Origin: a virus
Taxonomy: Duplodnaviria; Caudoviricetes
IMG/VR virus record: IMGVR_UViG_3300012953_005031
Coordinates: 1 to 24,277 of that record
Length of the DNA: 24,277 nucleotides
Strand: one strand, 5' to 3'
Shown: positions 17,931 to 24,277 of the stretch, in pieces
Position numbering within the stretch: position 1 is the first letter of the stretch
Layout: each line of letters opens with the position of its first letter
Made by a program: the position numbers and the translations under genes
Notes under the pieces: generated by a model
What the model saw: only the letters and a program-made list of their open reading frames with translations
Told to the model about the DNA's origin: nothing
The model's database searches: none

Positions 17931-18369
17931 CAAATTTTAGACCTCTCAATTTATTCAATTTAGATTTTTTGCCAAAGCTTTTTTTTCTGGTCTCAGCATC
18001 CTCTTTAACATCAAGCTGTTGAGCTTCTTGTTCTTTTTCTTTCTTAACAATTTCGCTATATTTTTTAATAATGGGTATTGCTCTTTTATTTTTTAATGAA
18101 AAGATTTTTCCCCACTCTGGAGAATTCACAGCTCTTACAACAGCTTCTTCTCCATAATTTTTAATAACTTCTCGTGCAGCCCAGAGTTGTTTCTTAAAAG
18201 TCCAATCCCAAGGCTTTACACTCCAAAACTTAAATGGTAATGAACCTACATTTTTATATTCAGCATACTTCATGCACATAATTTCAGCAACATATGCTGC
18301 ACATGTGCAATGGTCACCAGTAGATTGATGTTTATATTTACTCTTTTTGGTTCTTTTACGTTTCGACAT
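17914..18369 (-). CDS. Basic hypothetical protein
   Basis: The likely start is ATG 18369 (MSKRKRTKK); the track's 18426 start would overlap the upstream gene heavily. The protein is Lys-rich. Confidence 0.75.
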   Translation of the reverse strand: MSKRKRTKKSKYKHQSTGDHCTCAAYVAEIMCMKYAEYKNVGSLPFKFWSVKPWDWTFKKQLWAAREVIKNYGEEAVVRAVNSPEWGKIFSLKNKRAIPIIKKYSEIVKKEKEQEAQQLDVKEDAETRKKSFGKKSKLNKLRGLKFDGKED

Positions 18370-18763
18370 TGTAGATGAACGCTTCTTCGAAACAGTCCTC
18401 AACATGATCTGAAAATTCTTTCTCAATTAATAATTCGGGAACAAGCCACATTTGCTTATGGACAATATTATCTTTCAAAATGCCTGTTGTAAAATATTGT
18501 TTGCTATCTACACCAACCTGACCCATAACAGATCTGATCAAGTATAAACCTTCAGCATCGGTCAGGTCTATATCTACTTTATGAGACCTAAATTGTAAAG
18601 ACAATTCTTCTACAAATAACTTTTCGGCGTCACATTTTTCTTTAATCTCAAGCCATTTTGCAAAATCGTCATTATAAAATTCTTCACCATTTGTCAATTT
18701 TACATTAATCCAAACAGCAGATTTATTGGTTCGGTAATGCTGTAGCCATTTTTGATTATCCAT
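18356..18763 (-). CDS. Hypothetical protein
   Basis: 135-aa ORF, TAATG-coupled within the operon. Confidence 0.75.
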   Translation of the reverse strand: MDNQKWLQHYRTNKSAVWINVKLTNGEEFYNDDFAKWLEIKEKCDAEKLFVEELSLQFRSHKVDIDLTDAEGLYLIRSVMGQVGVDSKQYFTTGILKDNIVHKQMWLVPELLIEKEFSDHVEDCFEEAFIYNVET

Positions 18764-19059
18764 TATTTAATCCTAGTAGTGCAACTCTCTTGTCGGGACG
18801 TTGTCTTAATAGATCTTGCATCATCAGAAAGTTGTGATGCATTCTGTGTCATGATGGTAGATCCCTTAGAATATGCAAATTGCTTCCCGGCTGTTAGAAT
18901 ATTTTCATCTTCTTCTTGTTCTTTACATTTAGTAATATGTCTCTTTACTAGACTTTTAGCCCTGTCTAATTCTTTACAAATATCATCAAGGTTATGTTCC
19001 TTGTAATGATGTTTTATATAAAATTCTTCTGCTTTACCGAGCGGTCCTTTTTTAACCAT
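18763..19059 (-). CDS. Hypothetical protein with a possible N-terminal helix-turn-helix
   Basis: 'LGKAEEFYIKHHY...LDDICKELDRAKSLVKRHI' resembles the phage HTH pattern 'IA..L.R....V'. Confidence 0.65.
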   Translation of the reverse strand: MVKKGPLGKAEEFYIKHHYKEHNLDDICKELDRAKSLVKRHITKCKEQEEDENILTAGKQFAYSKGSTIMTQNASQLSDDARSIKTTSRQESCTTRIK

Positions 19060-19375
19060 TATGTAGTCCCCTTTGAGAACGAGTCAAATATAAACTATTC
19101 TTAGTTGTTAAATACATCATATAATAATCAAAAGTATTCTTATTGACTTTTTTCAAATCAATAGGCAATTCTCTTTCTCTACGCCCATATATACCATTTG
19201 GATCGAAGGGAAAACTATTGTAGACCCTAATATAGTAGTACTGGGAACCATTTTTAGCAATGGTTTTAGCGTAGAATCTTTCATTTTCTCCGGAAATTTC
19301 TTTACCATCCTTGTTAAACCAGATTTCTTCTATCTCAATATTTGGAATATCTGGTTCTTCATTTATATATTTCAT
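19052..19375 (-). CDS. Hypothetical protein
   Basis: 107-aa ORF, ATGA-coupled, with a GGAAGG SD. Confidence 0.75.
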   Translation of the reverse strand: MKYINEEPDIPNIEIEEIWFNKDGKEISGENERFYAKTIAKNGSQYYYIRVYNSFPFDPNGIYGRRERELPIDLKKVNKNTFDYYMMYLTTKNSLYLTRSQRGLHNG

Positions 19376-19719
19376 TTCTTACCTTCCATAATATATCTTT
19401 GTTTTTGTTTCGGAGTCATTTTATTGATCTCAGCCCTACTAGCTTCTCCCTTATGCCAAGGTACAGGTGATGCATTAGCTTCTTTCTTTTTAGCTTCTTT
19501 CTCATTATCAAGAGATTTAAACTTCTTGAAATTTTTATCTGCAAGTTGACCAATAGTTGTTGTATTACGCACAGAAACATGACAACCACCATAAATAACC
19601 CGCTCTAACTTTAGCTTTCCACATTGCGGACATTTTTTTAGAGGTTTATCTTTGATTGACTGTTGAATATCATTTAATTGATGATCACAATTTTCGCAGA
19701 TGTAATCATATATCGGCAT
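19372..19719 (-). CDS. FmdB-family zinc-ribbon protein
   Basis: 'MPIYDYICENCDH...PLKKCPQCGK..LERVI' matches MPxYxYxCxxC...CPxCG. Confidence 0.85.
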   Translation of the reverse strand: MPIYDYICENCDHQLNDIQQSIKDKPLKKCPQCGKLKLERVIYGGCHVSVRNTTTIGQLADKNFKKFKSLDNEKEAKKKEANASPVPWHKGEASRAEINKMTPKQKQRYIMEGKK

Positions 19720-20380
19720 CCTCTTTCTCCAGTGCTGTTAAAATATCACCTAAAATACCATTCCTTTGAATGTCAGAATAATTTAAATTACAAATTGAAA
19801 CACCATTAATTCCATCAAGCTTATTGATGCATTTACTCAAACCACTATTATAACCAACATCGGTTTGATTTGTATCACCATTTATTAAAACTTTAGAATT
19901 TTCACCCATCCTTGTAATAAACATCTTGATTTGTTCGAATGTACAGTTTTGAGCTTCATCTAAAATCATGTAACAGTTATGAAAAGTAGATCCCCTCATA
20001 ACTTCTAATGGTTGATAACTAATTTTGCCATCATTGAAGTAATGACCATAATATGCTTGACCTAAAAAGTATTTAAAGTTTTCTTGCATAGGCATTAAAT
20101 ATGGAGCTATTTTATCTAATAATTCTCCCGGTAACGAGCCAATGTCTTTACCTGCACATACTAGTGGTCTTGTAATAATTACCCTGTCAATATCTCCACG
20201 GTGGAGATGCTCAGCAGAAATACCAGCCGCAATAAAAGATTTTCCACAACCCGATGGGCCAGAGCAAAAAACAACATCATGTTCTATGATAGATTTAATA
20301 TAATTTTTTTGATTCTCTGTTTTTGCCTCTAATACTTTAATTTTTTGTGGATTGGCTTTTGATCGTCTTCTTTTTGTCAT
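19706..20380 (-). CDS. phoH: PhoH-family ATPase
   Basis: Motifs: 'GPSGCGKS', 'ITRP', 'GSLPG', 'MRGSTF', 'ILDEAQN', 'TRMG', 'GD..QTD', 'DIQR'. Confidence 0.93.
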   Translation of the reverse strand: MTKRRRSKANPQKIKVLEAKTENQKNYIKSIIEHDVVFCSGPSGCGKSFIAAGISAEHLHRGDIDRVIITRPLVCAGKDIGSLPGELLDKIAPYLMPMQENFKYFLGQAYYGHYFNDGKISYQPLEVMRGSTFHNCYMILDEAQNCTFEQIKMFITRMGENSKVLINGDTNQTDVGYNSGLSKCINKLDGINGVSICNLNYSDIQRNGILGDILTALEKEDADI

Positions 20381-20408
20381 TAATTAAAACCTTGTTTATT
20401 AATTAGTG

Positions 20409-21008
20409 TTATGATCCTGAGCTACCGAACCCTCCTGAATTCCTATCTGTTTCATCTAAACTTGTTTTTTCATTAAGTTTAAATTTAGGAACTTCTTGAA
20501 ATAAGATTTGAGCTATTCTATCACCTGCTTCAATGACCATAGGTTCCCAACCAGTGTTCAGCAAGCAAACTTTTACTTCACCTCTGTAGCCAGAATCGAC
20601 TACACCAGCTAACACATCAATCCCCTTCTTAACTGCCATACCAGATCTCGGCCAAATAAGACCAACGAAAGATTTTGGAATTGCTAATGCAATACCAGTA
20701 TTAATAGTTTCTCTTTCATTTATCTGTATTGTTTTTGATTCACAAGCATACAAATCCCATCCAGCATCTGATTCATGTGCTTTAGTGGGGATTTTAGCAT
20801 TTGGCTGTTTTCTTGCGACATTAATTTCCCAAAAACTACCCATTACATGATCAATACATTCCAAGTGCCTACCAACAGTATTAGTTTTTTCTTCTACTGG
20901 GTAATAATTAGGATTAGCAAATACATTGAAGAAAAGGTCTTCGGGCTGTTTTGATGTACGTTCATGCATTTTCGCTAACTGCTTCTTTCTGGCTTGATCA
21001 TCACTCAT
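20409..21008 (-). CDS. dut: Trimeric dUTPase with an N-terminal extension of about 60 aa
   Basis: All five motifs are present: 'AGWDL', 'PRSG', 'GVVDSGYRGE', 'GDRIAQ', 'RNSGGFGSSG'. GAGAGGA SD before ATG 21008. Confidence 0.95.
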   Translation of the reverse strand: MSDDQARKKQLAKMHERTSKQPEDLFFNVFANPNYYPVEEKTNTVGRHLECIDHVMGSFWEINVARKQPNAKIPTKAHESDAGWDLYACESKTIQINERETINTGIALAIPKSFVGLIWPRSGMAVKKGIDVLAGVVDSGYRGEVKVCLLNTGWEPMVIEAGDRIAQILFQEVPKFKLNEKTSLDETDRNSGGFGSSGS

Positions 21009-21032
21009 AACTATCCTCTCTTAAAATGATTC

Positions 21033-21356
21033 TTAATTATCACGACGGTTGCCACGTCGGTTACCACGCCTATTATTATCACACCTGTTACGGCGACCCC
21101 TGTTAAATTCATATGTAAAACCAAATCCACCCTGAGAAAAATTCAGACCAAATGCTCTACTGGGACGGCTCCTATAATAACCAAAATTCCACGGTCGTAC
21201 TGGTCTATAAACAGGGCCATAGTAATCATAATACATAGGCTGTGAATTAAAGAAGAATCCACTACGAAATCTTGGTTGTGCATATGCTTCAGACGATAAA
21301 ATTACAAACGATGTAACTAAAATAGCTAATACGGTAAAGTATTTTAAAAATTTCAT
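21033..21356 (-). CDS. Small secreted low-complexity Tyr/Phe/Gly/Arg-rich protein
   Basis: Sec signal 'MKFLKYFTVLAILVTSFVILSSEAYA|Q', GGGAG SD, and a mature part that is aromatic and cationic. Confidence 0.8.
   Translation of the reverse strand: MKFLKYFTVLAILVTSFVILSSEAYAQPRFRSGFFFNSQPMYYDYYGPVYRPVRPWNFGYYRSRPSRAFGLNFSQGGFGFTYEFNRGRRNRCDNNRRGNRRGNRRDN
21042..21071. repeat. Imperfect 12-bp tandem repeat encoding RRGN-RRGN-RR
   Basis: On the + strand: acgacggttgcc / acgtcggttacc / acgcct. Confidence 0.6.
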
Positions 21357-21367
21357 AATCGTTCTCC

Positions 21368-22657
21368 CTAGAATAATTCTTTGATACGCTTACCACCATT
21401 GACCATACCAAACGGTCTACCTTCAGCGGAATGAAGTTCTTGGTGAGTATTAATATCTAAAGATGTTAAAATAGTTTCCGCTAAATCTTCTGGAGTATAA
21501 CAGCCGCCCACACATGACATTCCAGTTCTATCAGTTTCTCCAACACACATTCCTGAATTAAGTCCACAACCACTTAATAATAGACTGAATGCTGCGGGGA
21601 AATGCCCACGACCTCCAGCTCCTCCATCAATTTTTGGAGTGCGTCCAAATTCTCCGGTGACTAATACTAATGTTTTATCTGATAGACCACGATCTTCCAA
21701 ATCTGCGAACAGAGTAGAAATAGCAGAATCTAACGGTGGTAATAATTCATCTTTCAATAGTCGGAAGTTTTCATCATGTGTGTCCCAGTCAGTATGCTGA
21801 ATAGTAACACACCTGACGCCTGCCTCTACTAAACGACGAGCCATCAAACAACTTTGTCCCAATGTCGTTCTACCATATTGTTCTCTAATTTTAGCTGGTT
21901 CTTTCTCAATGTCAAATGCTTCCTTAGCCTCTGCTGATAGCATTAGAGTTTTAGCCGACTCTCTAAATGTGTTAAAACTATTTGCTTTACGATTTGCTTT
22001 CGCTGTAACTTCTTTGGTTCCCTCAAATATAGACAGTTGACGCCTCAATTTTTCCCTCATTGATATTCTACTACTAGATAGAATTGCTGGTGGCACAAGG
22101 TCTGGCACAGAAAAACTTGGTGAATTAGGATCTGCTGCAATTATAAATGGAGCATACGGTGACCCTAAATATGCAGCACCACCACTTCTATGCATAGTGG
22201 GCAAACATATATACGGTGGAACTGAACCTACACCACCTTTTTCATGAGAAATAACAGAACCAAAAGATGGGTTGTGATTATTTGGCATTTGCTTAGATTG
22301 GAATGTTGGATTAGGTTTGTAACCAGTCAACATATAATGATCACCTGACCCATGATTAGAGTCACTATGCGACATAGATCTAACTATAGAAAATTTATCC
22401 TGCTGTTGTGCCAGTAGAGGTAGATGCTCTGAGATATGTATATCTGGTACACATGTTGAAATTGGCTTAAAGTCTCCACGATATTCAAGAGGAGCATTTG
22501 GTTTCAAATCAAACATGTCGATACTACTGGGACCACCCTTAAGAAAGACAATAATAAGAGACTTATCAGAAGCTTCAGCTACTTCGGACGCATATGAATG
22601 CATCGGTAGAAATAATGAAGCAGCCCCACCCTTTAAAAAATTTCTTCTGGTTCTCAT
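21368..22657 (-). CDS. DUF1501-family protein with a twin-arginine N-terminus (Planctomycete type)
   Basis: Motifs: 'TRRNFLK', 'FLKGGPSSIDMFDLKP', 'FKPIST.VP.I.ISEHLP', 'GQSCLMARRLVEAGVR', 'WDTH', 'DLEDRGL', 'GEFGRTP', 'GRGH'. Confidence 0.9.
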   Translation of the reverse strand: MRTRRNFLKGGAASLFLPMHSYASEVAEASDKSLIIVFLKGGPSSIDMFDLKPNAPLEYRGDFKPISTCVPDIHISEHLPLLAQQQDKFSIVRSMSHSDSNHGSGDHYMLTGYKPNPTFQSKQMPNNHNPSFGSVISHEKGGVGSVPPYICLPTMHRSGGAAYLGSPYAPFIIAADPNSPSFSVPDLVPPAILSSSRISMREKLRRQLSIFEGTKEVTAKANRKANSFNTFRESAKTLMLSAEAKEAFDIEKEPAKIREQYGRTTLGQSCLMARRLVEAGVRCVTIQHTDWDTHDENFRLLKDELLPPLDSAISTLFADLEDRGLSDKTLVLVTGEFGRTPKIDGGAGGRGHFPAAFSLLLSGCGLNSGMCVGETDRTGMSCVGGCYTPEDLAETILTSLDINTHQELHSAEGRPFGMVNGGKRIKELF

Positions 22658-23718
22658 AATAGATCTCCAAAATCCATATCTTCTAAATCGTTTTTACTCG
22701 CACCAATTTTATAGCTAGTAATTTCATGTTCTTGTGGTGCAACCTGAACAGATTCACTCTTCATCCAAGGGTCTGTCCATCCAGCAACAGGATTTTTACC
22801 AACCTTTTCATAAGGTAATCCAATTGACTTACGACGGGACATACATAGCCAATCAATATATTGATGTAAGACTACTTCATTTAAACCAATAATTGAACCG
22901 TCTTTGAATAGATATGATGCCCACTCTTTTTCTTCCTGAGCAGCCCTATCAAACATTTCAATGGCGGCATCTTGACATTGTTCTGCTACTTTTACAAAAC
23001 CTTCAGATTCTTGCTTATGAAGAATCTTGAGTATCTCTTGAGTATTAGATAGATGTAGTGCTTCATCTCTTTTAATAAGCTTGATGATATCGGCATTACC
23101 TACCATTTTCTTGTTCTCTGCAAAAGCAAATGAGCATATAAAGCTTACATAGAATCTTATCGCCTCAAGAATATTGATACTAACAATCGTCATATAGATC
23201 TGTTTTTTAAGGTCAGCAGTTTTATTACTTGCCATACCCATAAGATTATTGTAGTCTTCAATAGCACTAGCGGCTCTCTTCATAATTTCTTTGTCAGTAT
23301 AAATACCGTCAAATACTTCTGAAGAATCCGCATAAACATTCTGAATGATATAGGAATAACTCTGGCTATGAATCTTCTCAAAGAATTGCCAAGTCATTAG
23401 ACAGGCTTCCAATTCAGTATTAGAAACATATTCCAACAATGTAGGAACACCACGACAGATAACACTATCAAGCATAGTCTGATACTTTAGATTAGAAGTA
23501 AAGATAAACTTCTCATTATCAGACATTTCTTTAAAGTCGGATCGGTCTTTCTTTAGCTCTACCTCTTGTGGTCGCCAAAAGAACTCCATCATCTTACTAT
23601 CAAGATTAGTAAATACTGGGTACTTGATAATATCAAATCTTTGTACGCCTAAATCCTTGCCTAAAAACAAGGGCTGACTCATAGCATCTACATTTTTAGT
23701 ATTGAAAATAGTTTTCAT
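22654..23718 (-). CDS. nrdB: Ribonucleotide reductase class Ia beta subunit
   Basis: Motifs: 'FFWRPQEV', 'QTMLDSV', 'FEKIHSQSY' (Fe ligands plus the radical Tyr), 'LEAIRFYVSF', 'RDEALH', 'QVAPQE.EI.SY'. The start ATG 23718 overlaps the nrdA TGA. Confidence 0.96.
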   Translation of the reverse strand: MKTIFNTKNVDAMSQPLFLGKDLGVQRFDIIKYPVFTNLDSKMMEFFWRPQEVELKKDRSDFKEMSDNEKFIFTSNLKYQTMLDSVICRGVPTLLEYVSNTELEACLMTWQFFEKIHSQSYSYIIQNVYADSSEVFDGIYTDKEIMKRAASAIEDYNNLMGMASNKTADLKKQIYMTIVSINILEAIRFYVSFICSFAFAENKKMVGNADIIKLIKRDEALHLSNTQEILKILHKQESEGFVKVAEQCQDAAIEMFDRAAQEEKEWASYLFKDGSIIGLNEVVLHQYIDWLCMSRRKSIGLPYEKVGKNPVAGWTDPWMKSESVQVAPQEHEITSYKIGASKNDLEDMDFGDLL

Positions 23719-24277
23719 ATTGCACAAGCTCCGCTTTCACAACCTAAATCTTTTTCAGTATCGCCATCTCCATCTGGAGTATTAGCATAATAAAAATTCT
23801 TCAAACCATACTTATAACCATAGATCTGATCTTTAATTAAAACACTCAGAGGAATGTTCCCATCTTCATGATGGGCATAATTGTAATAAAGATTTGTACT
23901 CATACTCATATCTACAAACTTCTGAATAACAGCAGCAGTATTAAGCATAGCTTCATTATCTGTCATTTCCCAAGCTTTAGTATAATAATTTTTACGATTA
24001 TAATAATTTGGCACCAGTTGTTTCAAGATACCATTCTTTGCCTTCTTGTATAGCAGAAGATTTCTGACTGGCTCAATACCATTTGTACTGTTCTGAATAA
24101 CACTAGATGATTCACAGGGCATAATAGCAGACATAGTGGAGTGCCTCAAACCGTAGTAACTGATTCGTTCTCTTAAACCTTCCCAGTCCATAGCATACTT
24201 AGGCTTAACCAATTTGTCAACCGACTTCTTGTACCAATCAATTGGTAAAAGTCCCTGAGCATATTTAGTATCTTCAA
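23715..24277 (-). CDS. nrdA: Ribonucleotide reductase class Ia alpha subunit, C-terminal part (5'-truncated by the window)
   Basis: The frame is open to the right edge (EDTKYAQGLLPIDWYKK...). Motifs: 'AIMPCESSS..NSTNGIEP', 'KNFYY', and the C-terminal redox pair 'CESGAC'. Confidence 0.95.
   Translation of the reverse strand, partial: EDTKYAQGLLPIDWYKKSVDKLVKPKYAMDWEGLRERISYYGLRHSTMSAIMPCESSSVIQNSTNGIEPVRNLLLYKKAKNGILKQLVPNYYNRKNYYTKAWEMTDNEAMLNTAAVIQKFVDMSMSTNLYYNYAHHEDGNIPLSVLIKDQIYGYKYGLKNFYYANTPDGDGDTEKDLGCESGACAI

Noticed and set aside
5179-19059. Recurring 'NG-stop' C-termini with 8-bp overlaps (5179-5186, 9493-9500, 19052-19059)
   Set aside because: This follows from the A-ATG-GYT-RA overlap geometry of translational coupling and is not a protein motif.
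193-24053. All plus-strand ORFs and the nested minus-strand ORFs (3748-3939, 4063-4269, 8095-8505)
   Set aside because: They are antisense or alternate-frame shadows lying within well-supported genes and carry no recognisable motifs.
1-24277. Stop-codon reassignment, tRNA/rRNA genes or a cellular origin
   Set aside because: TAA, TAG and TGA all end genes and coding density is near complete under code 11. No gap is large enough for an RNA gene. The gene set (dNMP kinase, PhoH, RNR, solo Cas4-like nuclease, clustered replisome) is phage-like, although no virion genes are in the window.

Overview
The window is an AT-rich, densely packed gene block lying entirely on the minus strand, most likely from a large tailed dsDNA bacteriophage. 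It uses the standard code, and almost all genes overlap or abut. In transcription order (right to left) it holds four modules. (1) Nucleotide metabolism and accessory genes: class Ia nrdA (partial), nrdB, a Tat-signal DUF1501 protein of Planctomycete type, a small secreted Tyr/Arg/Gly-rich protein, dUTPase, PhoH and an FmdB-like zinc ribbon. (2) Recombination and replication: RecA/UvsX, a DUF559/Vsr-like nuclease, a possible UvsY-like protein, DnaB helicase, an unlisted 54-aa membrane protein, DnaG primase, dNMP kinase and a Cas4/AddB-like Fe-S nuclease. (3) A DnaE-type polymerase split without an intein into two genes at the palm/fingers junction, with a DEDDh 3'-5' exonuclease gene between the halves and a degenerate PHP domain. 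(4) An SSB-like gene heading a glycosylation/methylation cluster: three GT4 glycosyltransferases, a SAM methyltransferase, and several enzyme-like proteins with eroded motifs, running off the left edge. The most notable items are the three-gene split polymerase, the replisome-adjacent sugar-modification cluster and the host-derived DUF1501 gene. All family calls come from motif recognition by eye; no searches were run.
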